From positions 176,142,001 through 176,206,000 of the forward strand of contig NC_042997.1 in the NCBI RefSeq assembly GCF_006345805.1: a DNA stretch of 64,000 nucleotides, read 5' to 3'. The notes under the pieces are model-generated. The model searched no databases. It was not told the DNA's origin and saw only the letters and a list, made by a program, of their open reading frames with translations. The first letter of the stretch is position 1; every line of letters starts with the position of its first letter. This DNA is from Octopus sinensis (Eukaryota). The translations under genes and the position numbers were made by a program. This document shows, one piece after another, positions 50,200 to 64,000 of the stretch.

Positions 50200-50324
50200 A
50201 TAGTTTATTAGTCTTAGTTTTAGATGCAGTGTTATGTTTCTTGAAGTGAAGATTTCTTTCCATTTTTACAAATGTTGTTTTAGAATTATTCTTTAAATAA
50301 TTTCTTCTTTACAGCATTATTTAG

Positions 50325-50760
50325 CCCCTTAGCATATACATTATTTACAAATGTAATGGTTATTATTCACATTATTTTGAATCAATCATGCATTATCTTG
50401 TAGCTTCAAGATTTCAATAATGTGATTATTCATTTTTAAAATGACATTGTATGGTAGGTATGAAAGATCAGATCTGGTCAGTTTGTCATAAAACAGGTAG
50501 AATATTTGGGCCAGATATAGTCAGTTTAACCCTTTAGTATTTAAACCGGACATTTCCGGCCCAAATAGTCTACTTGTTTTATGTTCAGACTGGCCATATT
50601 CAGCCTCTCACACCTACCATCCAATGTCATTCTAAAAATAAACAACCACATCATCAAAATCTTAAAGCTACAAGATAATGCATGATCACTTCAAAACAGT
50701 GTGAATCAAAAAGCATTAAATTTGATGGAGTACTCTGAATATTAAAGGGTTAAATGCTGC
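50325..50760. mobile_element. Two piggyBac-type MITE copies, one nested head-to-head in the other
   Basis: The inner copy 50530-50749 is flanked by TTAA. The outer copy 50325-50525 is its reverse complement, and ATGCT continues after the inner copy. Confidence 0.85.
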
Positions 50761-51996
50761 AGGACCAGTGAGAAGTAATATCTTTGGTGGGCCATAGAGA
50801 CTCATCTCTCCATAATGCTGCTAAAACTACCACACAGACCATTACATGGTCTCTGTAATCCTGACGTTTGACCAGCTAACCATTGATTGTAATAGACAGT
50901 GATGCAGGCATTGCTCTTGTTCGCATTTTCCATATATGCTTATTTAATGTTCCCCACTTTGCCTCTGCAAACCACAGTCAGTTGTAGCTTATATTTTGTA
51001 ACAGTCATATTTGAAAGTCATTGCCATCACTCAATAGCAATATTTTTTTTCTTTAGGTATTTCTTTTTTACTTCATATGGCTTTCACTGCTAATAACCGT
51101 AGGCTTATATATTTAAATTTTATATATAATATGTTTTATGAATAGTAGCATCATCAGTTATAGGTTTTCAGGAGGCTAATCTGGTTCATTGTATAACCAA
51201 TGGCAGAGTGACAAGAGAGTTTTAGTATTACTCAAGTGGAATAAATATCACAAGAAAATTTTTTTTCATCATGCTAGTTTATTGGCAATTTCTCACCAAT
51301 GGACATGTGTGTGTGTATGTGTGTAAAAAGAAAACAAGCAAAGAGTGGCTACTGGTATGTATTTGAGCAACAAAGATGAATAAGATCGTGTTAAATAACT
51401 TACAATTGAAATTATCTCCATTTTCAGAGAAGACGAATCATTTAGTGGGAAAATTAATACCAATTGTAATTTCAAAAAGGGGAGATAATCTCAAGAATTT
51501 CTCCAAAATTGACTTGCTTTTAAGAAAAACATAGTTTGGTTGTTTGAAGACAAAAGAACAGCTGTCAACATGTTTCTGTCTCAATAGGCATCATCTAATG
51601 CAGTTGTCCTACCTTATTTCCAGCAGTTAGGATACTTGGACATATCACAATAAAAAAAAAAGAGTATAACACATATATGGCCTACGTAATTTGCATAAAT
51701 GAAATGAAAATGCGCTAAAAGAAATGCTATAGTGGCTAGTGACAGGTATTTGAACAACAAACACAAGTAATGTTACATTAAATAACATGCAAGATAAATT
51801 TTATTGTTTTGTGAAATATTTTTGCCCCTACAGAGGATGCACAAATCAGTACTTAGATTTTTTCTTTCTTCTTTCTCTTTTTAAGTTTCATACTTCACAC
51901 TTATTATATAGGATTCTTTTGCTTAACCACTACACTACATGCATCTAAACAAAACACTTGCTGTCAAGCAGTGGCAAGACACACAGACATTTGTAT

Positions 51997-52027
<31 letters not shown>

Positions 52028-52707
52028 CACACACACAATGGTCTTCCACACAGTTTCCGCCTACCAAATTCACTCACAGTGCATTGGTCAGCTTTGGGTT
52101 ATAGTAGACATTTGCCCAGTGTGTTGGCCAGATTTAGTTGCACAGCGAGTCTGTACCTACACATAATCATATTATCTAATATGTCCTGCTATTTCTTAGT
52201 AAACTGAAAAGCTACATATTGGCTTCCTTATTTTTTTTTTTTTATCTTAAAATGGTAATTCACTGTAGCTGAAGCTCATGAAAATTATTTCAAATTTGAA
52301 GAATAAATAAACTTTGTGAAACCAGATTGTTATGGTGTTTTAATATAGCTAGAATATCGGCAATTGATGCTAAAATCCAATAGTAAGCTATAAAGAATAC
52401 AATGAGCATTTATAATTTATTTATAGAAATGGTGTTGATAGCCATTTGAACAATAGTGGTTGCTGTCCTTGGTACGCCTATAATCTAGACAACAGGAAAA
52501 ACATACTCTTTTATGCTTTCCATGGTTTTTACTGTAATGAAACTAGGAAAGTGCTAAGGTAGTGAACTGACAGAATCTGAACATGCTAACATGTCCAGAT
52601 AAAGTGCCTTGTGGTATTTTAGTTCAATTTCACTTTCATCCTTTCTGGATTGGCAAATAAAGTGCCAGTTTGCACAGGGATCAATTCCACAATCCACCCC
52701 CACCATT

Positions 52708-52708
<1 letters not shown>

Positions 52709-52783
<75 letters not shown>
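52709..52783. repeat. (CT)n microsatellite
   Basis: Perfect dinucleotide run. Confidence 0.99.
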
Positions 52784-52786
<3 letters not shown>

Positions 52787-53529
52787 ATTAGCTGTAGATG
52801 ACAAGATAGTGTCATGTAAAAATAATAACCAAAGGAAGGCAGCAGGAAACCTTTATATTCTCATGTGAAAATTCCATGACATACACTGTGTATTTGCCAA
52901 AGAAGTCAACAGGGGCCGGTCATTAATTTAATGGCACAAGGAAGGAAAGTAGTGGAGTGACTAAAATAGTATAAGCCTTGAACTAAATCCACTGCAGCAC
53001 TTTATTATTTTAAAACATGATTTAAGTAAGTACCACAAAGCATTTTGAACTGATACTGCTTTGCAGCCCTTTACATTCTGAGTTCAAACCCTGCTAAATG
53101 AATTTTACCTTACATCCTTTGTACCAATCACACTCTAGGTTTGATATAATGAGCTATGCCTTCTCAAATTTCTGTCCTTGCACCTATTTAAGCTGTTGTG
53201 GATGACAGAATTGGAAGAGAACTGGGCAAAATAATCGTTGTATTTAATTTTTTTCATTTGATGTTCTTAGTTCAAATCTTTCTGGAGTTGATAAAATAAA
53301 CATCAGTCAACTTATTATTATTAATATTATCATCATCATCTTCAATATGGCTGTAGAATGGCAGAAATGATAATGTGCTGGAATAAACGCTTAGTAGTAT
53401 TTATTTACATTCTTCCATATGCTGAGCTCAGTCCTACTGAAGTCATCTTTGTCTTTCATTATTCATAAATTAAACACCAGTAAAGTACTTGGATCAAATC
53501 AATTTAACTTCTTCCCTAAAGTTAGAAAT

Positions 53530-53762
53530 AGCCGGTGGCACATAAAAAGCACCATCCGATCGTGGCCGTTTGCCAGACTCGTCTGGCACGTAAAAAGCAC
53601 CCACTACACTTGTGGAGTGGTTGGCGTTAGGAAGGGCATCCAGCCATAGAAACATTGCCAGATCAAACTGGGCCTGGTGCAGCCTTCTGGCTTCCCAGAC
53701 CCCAGTTGAACCGTCCAACCCATGCTAGCATGGAAAGCGGACGCTAAACGATGATGATGATG
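53530..53762 (+). mobile_element. RTE LINE 3' end
   Basis: Nearly the same sequence as 92-287; (GAT)n tail. Confidence 0.85.
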
Positions 53763-53769
53763 AAATAAT

Positions 53770-54560
53770 AATGATAATCCTTTCTACTATAGGTACAAAG
53801 CCTGAAATTTCAGGGGAGGGGTAAGTCAATTACATCAGCCCCAGTTTTCAACTGGTACTTATTTTATGAACCTCTAAAGAATGAAAGGCAAAGTTGACCT
53901 CAGCAGAATTTGAACTCAGAATGTAAAGATGTAAAATGACATTAAATAATAATGCTTAGCAGCACTTTCTCTGGCATACCAATGATTCCAGCAGCTTGCC
54001 ATCTTATCATAATAATAATAATAATAACAACAATCCTTTCTACTATAGGCACAAGGCCTGGATTTTTGTGGGGAGGGGGACAGGTGATTACATCGACCCC
54101 ACTACTTGACTGGTACTTAATTTATCAACCCCAGAAGGATGAAAGGCAAATTTGACCTCAGTGGAATTTGAACTCAGAATGTAGTGACAGATGGAATACC
54201 CTAAGCATTTTGCACAGCATGCTAACAATTCCACCAGCTTACCACCTTTCTATTATAGGCACAGGGCTTGAGATTTTGTGGAAGAGGACTAGTCAGTGGC
54301 ATTAACCTCAATACTTGTCAGGTATGTATTTTATCAACCCTGAAATGATGAAGGACTAAGTCACCCTCAGTGTAATTTGAGTTTAGAACGGTTTCAAATT
54401 TTGGTACAGGGACAACAGTACTTATTTGATCAATCCTGGAAGGATGAAAAGCAAAGTTGACCGCAGCAGAATTTGAACTCGGGACATAAAGAGTCAGAAG
54501 AAATGCCATGAAGAATTATGTCCGAAAGTCTAATGGTTCTGCCAGTTCGCCACCTTCTTA
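53770..54560 (-). mobile_element. Cluster of about four degraded Meta-domain SINEs
   Basis: Repeated AATCCTTTCTACTATAGG..ACAAG and GGATGAAAGGCAAAGTTGACCTC..GAATTTGAACTCAG blocks. Confidence 0.75.
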
Positions 54561-55379
54561 ATAATAATATCTAACTTAGACATAAAGACCATACTATGAG
54601 GAGGAGGAGAAGAATATGCTAATTTAATTCATCCCAGTTCTTGAATAGTACTTATTTTATTGACCCTGGAAGAATGAAGGACAAAATCCTTTGTTTCATC
54701 CTTTAACATTTTGTGTTCAGATTTAATTAAATTTGATTTTTATCATTTATCACTTGGTAGAATAAGATAAATACTAGTAAAATTCCGAATTCGATTTAGT
54801 TAACCATATTTCACATGTAAAAAGGAAAAAAATAGTAATTTTTATTACTATCATCATCATTAAAAATATGATCTAATATCCATAATTTAGATTTTTTTCT
54901 CAATTAAATATGTTATTTATGATTTTTTTTTAAATTATCAATATTTTTATTAACATTATTTTATTTATTAGTATTATTATTTATTATCATTATTAATTAG
55001 TGTTGTGGTTATTATTATTATTAACATTATTATCATTATTATTATATATTATTTATAAATTTTTTTAAAATTATCACTCAGTTATTAATTTTTGTTTGTA
55101 GCAATATTGTTATTTTATTTTTACTATAATGACTATTATTATTATTTTTTTTTTTTGCTCTGTATGTGTGTTTGGGTTTGTGTGTATATGTTTATGTGTG
55201 TAGATGTGTGCATCTGTGTGTTTTGATTTATTCTTCCTCCTGTTTTCCTTACTGAAGAGGAATCCGTCATAACAATTTGCTTGTTGTATCATCAGCTTAT
55301 ATCTGGGTCTAGTGCTTGGGAAAATCAATATCTATCACTTATTAAGCCCGAAGATATCTCTGCAAAATGAAAAGAGATA

Positions 55380-55694
55380 GGTATATGAACAAGAGAGAGT
55401 GTGTGTATGTGTAAGAGAAAGACGGAGGGAAGTGAAAAGAGAGAGAGAGAGGGGGGAAATTGTGAAGAGAGAGAGAAAGAGATAGAGAGATGAGAGAGAC
55501 CAGTGAGGAGTGCTGCTGTTGATGCTGAATATTACTGCATCAAGATCAGCAAGCTACCACGACAGTTATGACTGCTACTTGCTGCCACTGTTGCAGGCCT
55601 TCTTTAACAGAATGCCACTCTATGTGAAAGCGGTTCTTTGACAGTGATGTCGCAAACATTATTGTAGCATATATATATACATATATATATATAC

Positions 55695-55762
<68 letters not shown>

Positions 55763-56041
55763 GTATATAGACATACATATATAAACGTGTGTTTGTATGA
55801 GTGTATATATATATATACACGCACACAAACATATATATGCTTGTTTACTACGCACACCTACATATTCATCTACACAATCTATGTAAAATGTATATGTTAT
55901 TACGGTTTCTTCAAACAAGTGATGTGACACTTGTTTCAATTAGATAAGGGTTTTCTGTTTACTAACTTGCTATGGACTAGTATTATTGCCAACCTGTACT
56001 GTCTTGATTGCTGTACACTAGATATCTACCTGACAGTAAGT
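55380..56041 (+). promoter_or_regulatory. Possible promoter or 5' exon region (GA-rich, CpG retained, GTAAGT donor at 56036)
   Basis: No recognisable SINE/LINE from ~54.6 to 58.2 kb, scattered CpGs, (GA)n followed by a GC-richer unique block. Composition only. Confidence 0.3.
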
Positions 56042-59000
56042 TTTCTTTTAATATAATAATAATAATTGTTATTATTTCCATTATTGCTTGTTTATTTGGT
56101 ATAATTTCATCCTCCTTTCACAGTTTAGAGTAACCCAATGCTATATCGATATATTTTCCATGCTGTCATCGAAATCAATTCTAAACCAGCTAGTCTCAGT
56201 TTGTGTTATAGAAATATTTTGTTTGCTGGTATTTACTTGCATTTTTGCTGTATTCTTTATCTTTATTGTTTGATTGTTTTGGGGATTTTTTTTTTTTTTT
56301 TGTTCATCAGTGCAACTTTAACTTTCTGTCATCTTTGTCTGTTACATAAAGAACCCTCTGCATACTTCTCTCCTTCTCAGATATCTGAATTCACAACATA
56401 TATATAATATATATTATTTACATTTAATGTTTTACCAGAGTTATAGATATGAACATATAAGGCAGCCGCCTTAAAATATGTAAATATGTACTAAGACATA
56501 TTCAAATATGTAGTTGGTATACATACACACTATTAGCTTTAATTTGTTTTTTTACTGGGTAGGCCATATCTTTTTGTTTTCTGGTTTTGTTTTGTTTTAT
56601 TGTGTTTTATTATTTTACACCATGGTGTCTATTTTCAGTTTTCTAGTGCATAATCAATAAAAATTAAATCTCAAAGATAGTAGGTTTATCTTAAATGTAG
56701 AGTTTGTAGGCTGAAGGGAATTGTGGTTGAAGAAGAGAGAAAGAAAAAAAACATGTATAGTATTCATAAAAGCAATGCTGTAGTCAAAGACGTTGATCTG
56801 TAGCAATATCTCCTACCCCCATTACAAACACTAAAGAATTATGAGAGCTTTTGCGAATAATGGAATATTTCTCTCTATTATTGTTTTCTTCCACCATCTC
56901 TCGGTTAGTTTCCCAGTCTAATGTCATGATTTAGAGAAAAACAGATTAAAAGAGCTACTGTGTCATTTGAAACATTCATTTATACATATATTTCTCTTTG
57001 ATTTTTCTATTTCTTTTGTTTACCGCTACGTTTGATATTAATTCTTAATGTTTACAGTTCACTTAACTGCTTTCACTGGAAAAAAAAAATATATATAATC
57101 ATATTTTCATTCAAGACTTCTGACCCTATCATAATAATGATAATAATAATGATAACAACAATATCAAGTCAAGTCTTGCTAAACCTTTTATATTAAAAGT
57201 GAAAAGGACAGAAATTTAAAATAGAAAATTATTAGTCTGGTAACTTTTTTTTTATTATTCTCATAAGCCTAATACAGTCCTCATAATACTGTACCAAAAT
57301 GCTCATGTGACCGATAAAATTACCCTTCCCAAAAGTTACCATATTCCAAAATTTAATAGAACCACCCAAAGTCTTCAATTACCAATTTCATAGTATTTAT
57401 AAATATAAAAAGATAGCCGACTAAAGTGAGTTATTTTGAATTCACATTGATGATCATTGGTGATTTTTATTGTTGCGAACTGTTCAGTAGCATAAATTGA
57501 TTAGATTTTATTATAGTTGTTCCGTTTAGTGTTAGTTATTGTTCCCATCTGGCTCTACATACTTTGGTTCATTTTGTCTTTTATTTGTTGCTTCTTATTA
57601 CCCTTTCGGTGAAGCTGCATGTCAAGAGGGCATAAGGCTTTGGTTATAAAGAAACAAAGCTTCAAGCTAATGAAGGAGCCTCTATGATGTTGCTCAACCT
57701 AATAGCAGCCAAATCACCCTCAAATCACCAACCTAAAAAAAGGTGAAGGAAATATTGAACAATATAGTCACTAATGTATAAATAAAAGAATTGATAATCA
57801 CAAGTAGAATGCCTTTGATCATAGATCAGGGCTAAAGGTAACCAACAACGAAAACTGTAAGACTTCTAATTACCAACTTATGTAATAGTAGTATGATAAA
57901 TTAGTGTAGTTTCTGTTATTATTTAATACTTGTACATAATAAAGAAAGAAAATCAATGGATTTTCATAAACCATTATATAACCTAATACACTTCTTTATT
58001 CATCTAAAATTGTCAAATTACCAAAATAAGCATTCTTAAAAATATAAATAATCATTCCAAAATAAATATTCTAAAACAACCATACCTCCTTTAACATGAC
58101 TGATCAGGTGTCATTGTTATGTTAAGCCTATCCGGCTTAGGTTTTTTAATATATTTCTTCTTATTTGCCGTCTCTTAAGCATTAGCTAGTGTCTGTTCAT
58201 ATTCCATAATTGATATATGATTTGAAACAGTAGCTTTAGGATTCTACTAAAGCTAATAAATATATGTAAGAATTAAGCCCAGTTATTAAACTGCTAATTA
58301 GTGCACAATAATTTTCAAATATCAAAGTTCTAAAATTTTGAACTTTTATCATGTCTAACTGATTTGTCTCCAACCAGACTGTAAACAATGTTGAATAGAA
58401 AGTACTTAATGTTAACATCAATGTTAGGATGTTACCATACTTTGAAAGGTAGTCTTTCTTTATGTGCTTCCAAAAGAATTACTATTGTATTGTTGCATGT
58501 AAGAATAATATATATTGACATATACAGAGACAAGAAGACTGAAGAATACTTTCAGGAAGTAAATAAAAACTTAAAAACAGCCATGATTATCTTCATCAGA
58601 GTTATAGATTTAATACAACAGATTATTACAATGAAAAATCAGTACACTAGCTAGCTATGGTGTTGCCGAATAAAAATACTAAACTGAATAGTATTAATAA
58701 TTCAAACTGCAAAGGTGGACAATAAGGAGGAAATAAGGGCAAAATTTAAGATTTATATGGCAATTCCTCTTCTCTAAGAAAATATTGATTCCAAAAATCA
58801 AACCATCAGATAGCAGAATTGTGGCTTCCTGAATTATATGAAAGTATCCTGTCTTGGAAAGTAGCAACTCTAAAAATAAACCACTGCATAATATGTATGA
58901 TTAAATAGAAATAGCTCTATTTTATGGGGAGAAAATCTCATTAATACTGTGGCCACCATAAACATTACCATTGTTATTCCTTCTTTCCCACCACCATTAC

Positions 59001-60379
59001 CATCTCATAATAAACTTAGTAATTTTCAGTATAGGCACTGTACATTATTATATGAGAACTTTATCATAAGTTTTGGTTCACTTTCATCTTGTGTATATTG
59101 TGTTTGTTGATATTAGTGATATCATGAGAATGATATCAGCAACTGTTGAATTACAAACAATTTATACTGCCATAATGTCAAATCAATAAGGGATTCTCAA
59201 CATGGTTCCCCAACTTGTTACAATTAGTAGTAAAATCACCCTGAAATTATATATTGCCATCTCTGGAAAAAAAAATCCGGATACACTAGATGTCTGAAAA
59301 GGTAGGCTGGTCATGATTATAGCTACATTGGTTCAGGAATGACTTGGAGTTTAAATAGCAACTGCAATAATGTATTTAAAACTATGTTCTATCACTTTTG
59401 GGTTTTTTTTTACCTTCACCACAGACAACCAAATAATGACCTCTTAAGTTACATGTAATAGAGATCTAGTCTTAAGTTACAGAATAGCAATCTAGTCAGA
59501 TCTCTATTCTGACACTTACCCACACTGATAACAATACAGTGGACACTGTGGTAATGTAGTAAATAGACAATCAAAGAAAAATACATGTGCTGCATTGGGA
59601 ATATGTTAGTGTATAGTAATAAAACTTGTATGACAGAATAAAGGAATCATAAGTGTTATAAAGTGGTAAGTTCCGGTGATATAGTGATTGCTATATCAGC
59701 TCTCAAGAATGCAGAGGATGCTAACCTTTTAACTGAAGATATGCCCAAACAAATGTTAATAGTTTCAAATAGCATGCTTTAAAATTTAATAAATTGGTAG
59801 AATTTAAAATCTTTAGCTTAGCTTATTATAAAATTCTAATGGTATGTTGGGCTATATTTCAGAGTTAGGAGAAATAGTATAAGGGTTGGTGTGGTTTGGA
59901 CACAGCTGAAGAGGAGTAGAAAAGAAAGAATTTAAAGTCAACAGAGGAACATTGAAATTGATAAGAAATGATAGGAGGATGGTAAAGATGATAAAAGTTA
60001 TATAGTCGACAGACACAATACATGACACATAATCATTTGATATCATACACAGATATAACTACAGTTTAAGTAGAAGGATAAACTTGATAAGCAGTTGGCA
60101 GGGGGAGGTAAGGAAATCGTAAATTTACATAGCCACATGTATTTGTATGCATGTGTGCTTGTGTGTGAATATATATATATATATATTAAATATTAATAGC
60201 GAATGTTTATTTGATGGTTCACAGTTAAAATTCACTTCTCAAAGCATGTTTATGATATTAACTAAACAAACCTATTAAACTAGCATTTACATATATTTGT
60301 CTCTATATATATATAAACAGACAGATATGCAGGGCCTTTAGAAGTTTTGCAAGGTGGAACAAGACTGGTTTTAGGCCCC

Positions 60380-60860
60380 CATCAAACATTCACTGACCAT
60401 TCCTTGGTTCTTTGGCTCCCAGACCAATATATCAGCTGAACCTGTCTCTTCTGGATACCTTGGTACAAATAAAAATTTATAGTCTGGATATAAGGCCTGT
60501 AGTTTCTCATTAGCTTCCTATAGCTGTTCTGCTTTTCTCCAATTTTTAGGAAATATTCACTCTCACTAGATAGCTAACCTCTACAGTAGTGCAGGCTTAT
60601 TGTATTAGCATGGGATTGCTGTTTATATTGGAATATTCCACCAGTATTCCTCTTTTTTAAAAATATGGTTACATTTTGGTCTGGAGTACCTTTGGAAGGG
60701 TCGTAGAAACAATCCTTCTTGCAGATAGCATTGTAAATGGTTTTAGCGACAGTGTTGTGTCTCATAAGAAGGTAGTACCTTGCAGGTATTCTTGAACAGC
60801 TGCCGATGATGTGGGTGATAATTCCCATTCTGGCACAATTGACAATCACCTTGTATCATG
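60380..60860 (-). mobile_element. R4/Dong-type (RLE) LINE C-terminal fragment
   Basis: Minus frames give THIIGSC...YLLMRHNTVAKTIY (zinc-knuckle end plus RHN), WWNIPI.T..C.YNKP and LQALYPDYKFLFVP. Confidence 0.8.
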
Positions 60861-62919
60861 ATGTAGAGACTTAGAGGCTTCCTTATTGATGAAGTGTTTA
60901 GTGGCTATCTTCTATTCTTAAATAGCAAAGGTGTAGCCTTCTAGGTAAGATGTAATATATCCACCACAGATCTAGGAGAAGCTACACTTCTTATTGATGT
61001 TACTACATATGTGTGTGTGTGTGAATGTATGAATGCATGTGTGTGTGTATATGACTATGGGTGAGTGAGTATGCATGTATGTATTGTCCTAACACAAGCT
61101 TCAAAATGAGGGTGAAGAATGACGTCAAAATAGGAGAAACACCGAAAATTGACAAATGGTAGTAGTTGAGTAAACAAACAGTAGTTGTAGGTATTTGTTC
61201 GATCAGCTAGCTTTATAGATATATATCTGTCTGTATGTATGCATGAACAGAGACATGTGTGCATACACACACGCACACACATATATGCATACACATGTTA
61301 TTACACACAGGATACATATAAAGACAAAATATCCACCTACTCATATAAACATTCTCTTCTCTTCCTCACACAGATGCATGCACATACATACATATGTATG
61401 TGTGTATGTCTATGACATACACACATATGTATGTGTATATGTCTATGACATACACACATACATATAGTGTATCAGACAAAATATTTTGTGGTCTGGGCTT
61501 TTCACATTTTGGATTCTCAAATGACCACTTTAACCCACAACTCTCCCTCAAATACTAGGCATTGCCTGGGGTAAAAACTCAGAGAATTAACCTAGCGAAT
61601 CAACAGTTGCAGGAACTGTTTTCTATCCCAAAGAAAATGTGAACTGCCCTGGTGAGTTTCATACTCAAGTTCCCCAACATCTTATAATATAAATATGTGT
61701 GTGCACACATGTGTGTATTTCAGACATTTTTTGAGGGGCTTCTCTGTTCAAAAGCATTGAAGATAATATTTTGTAAATAGAAACTTTTGATTCAAATTTT
61801 GCCATTCTTCCCCTCTCTGATGAGCAGGAAGCAACCAGTCATAACATTTTCATTTTTGAATTGTTGTTCTTTTTTTTTTTTGTGGAGGGTAGGGGCTTTT
61901 TTCAAACAGAATTTTGTTTTAAATGTAGATGATTATAATTCCGCAAAGGAAAAAAAATAAGATTGAAGTTTAAGATCAGGGATTATGGATTAATATTGTA
62001 GGGCAAGGTTAAGTTATAGAGTTGGGATTTGGGTTAAGGGTCTGAATGGAGAAGTGGAATTCAAAACATTCTTTTTTTTCTTTTCACTTATTTTAGTCAT
62101 TAGTCTGTAGCCATGCTGGACCACCATCTTGAAGATACTTATTGCTTCATTCTCTTTTGCCAAAATGCTAAATAACAGGGATGTAAATAAACTAACACCA
62201 GTTGTCAAATGATGGTGGAGAGCAAACACACACAAACAAACATATATATGTGAGTTTGGAGGGACATACTACCCAAGTAGGTAGTGTGGTGGCTCTCAGT
62301 TATCTTCCAGTTTACAGCTAGCCACATTGATCAGTATTTAATGTCGATGACTACTATTAGTTGTCAGTCACTATGTAAATTCCTCTAATCAGTAATTGTA
62401 AAATAAGAGGAAAGAAATTTTGAGGATGAACAAGTCTCCAGTTCTACATCTTTATAATTATTGCTCTCATACACACACACACACGCACAATGGATTTCTT
62501 TCAGTCTCTGTCTATCAAATCCACAAAGGCTTTGGTTGACCCAAAACTGTAATAAAAAAACACTTGCCCAGGGCACCATGCAATGGGACTAAACCCAGAA
62601 CCATGTGGTTGGGAAGCAGACCATTTACAACACAACCATACCTGCATTTTTGCAGAATCATAATCTGCTGTTTAAAACAGAAATGATGAAAGAATTTCTA
62701 ACCAAAGATATTGTTATGTGGTATACTTAGTCTGATACTATTGTCTGTCCACAATCTTCTCTATAATTTAAGTAAGTTATGTTACAGCATCAACGTCACT
62801 TTCCGGTTTTCAGCCTGAGCAACACTGAGTATTTCAGCTAGCAACTTCTAAATACTGGCCCATCATGTGTACTTTTGAATGAAATATCTCTGATTTATAT
62901 ATGTGAGAGAGGACAGGCA

Positions 62920-62951
<32 letters not shown>

Positions 62952-62954
<3 letters not shown>

Positions 62955-63366
62955 TTCTTTATTGCTCACAAGGGGCTAAACATAGAGGGGACAAACAAAG
63001 ACAGACAAAGGGATTAAGTCAATTACATTGACCCCAGTGCGTAACTGGTACTTTATTTATAGACCCCGAAAGGATGAAAGGCAAAGTCGACCTTCGCGGG
63101 ATTTGAATTCAGAATGTAACGGCAGACAAAATACCTATTTCTTTACTACCCACAAGGGGCTAAACACAGAGAGGACAAACAAGGACAGACAAACGGATTA
63201 AGTCGATTACATTGACCCCAGCACGTAACTGGTACTTATTTACTCAACCCTGAAATTATGAAAGGCAAAGATGACCCCGGCGGAATTTGAACTCAGAATG
63301 TAGAGGCAGATGAAATACTGCTAAGCACTTCACCCGGCGTGCTAACGTTTCTGCCAGCTCACCGCC
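62952..63366 (-). mobile_element. Tandem dimer of the Meta-domain SINE (full copy 63136-63366, 5'-truncated copy 62952-63135)
   Basis: Junction AAAATACC|TATTTCTTT. Confidence 0.9.
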
Positions 63367-63469
<103 letters not shown>

Positions 63470-64000
63470 GACCCATCAAATGTGTACACCAGAGGCGTGT
63501 GTGAACATTAAGAATGTCTGAGATGCAGTAATATTAATTGAATTGTAAATTGACAACAAATAGTGATACATAGTTGAACAAATGTTGTGTAGCAGGTGCT
63601 AGCTTAAGTAGATATAAAGGTGAAGAAGCAGGTTCGATAAGACTCAAGAGAATATGAGGGTGATAGGGCAAAATAGCCAAACAAAAAATAAAATTATAGC
63701 AATCTCGACAACTGCTAAGCTATTAATAGTGGAAAAGAAAATAAATGAAACAAAATAATGTGAAAGGTACTGAAAAGTAAGCATGCCAAGTCACTTTGAA
63801 CATATTCAATGAATCAAATGTTACTGTTTTACTATTAAGAAAAGAGTACTCATATGGACTGCATGTGTTTGTGTGTTTGTGTATGTATGTGTGTGTGCGT
63901 GTGTGTGTGTGCGCGCATGTATGTGTGTGATATTTGGCCCAAGCTGTACTGATTAACTCTAATGTTTTCTTGCAGCCTGCAGATCGACTGCATTTAAGAA

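Overview
AT-rich, repeat-dense eukaryotic DNA. Its SINE/LINE repertoire matches what I know of coleoid cephalopods, most likely Octopus; this is recognition from memory, not a database result. Most of the window looks intronic. I can support three small + strand coding exons (25344-25434, 28823-28942, 31753-31841). They have canonical AG/GT sites and compatible phases, and splice into a peptide with the C-terminal half of a WW domain, a polar linker and the N-terminal part of a CUE-like ubiquitin-binding domain. I do not recognise the gene, and I could not place the flanking exons. The remainder is mobile-element debris: 5'-truncated RTE LINEs, CR1, Jockey/I-group and R4/Dong LINE fragments, a Penelope-type GIY-YIG fragment, piggyBac deletion derivatives and MITEs, a Helitron 5' fragment, several tRNA-derived SINE families, fold-back elements and microsatellites. 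Nearly all ORFs in the supplied track are spurious (microsatellite or repeat). The most interesting observation is a TSD-flanked 274-bp tRNA-headed SINE (43116-43389) whose body folds into a Penelope-type minimal hammerhead ribozyme, with all three deviations from the canonical core explainable by CpG decay. Next are the WW+CUE architecture and a microhomology-bounded templated insertion at 11.8-15.4 kb.
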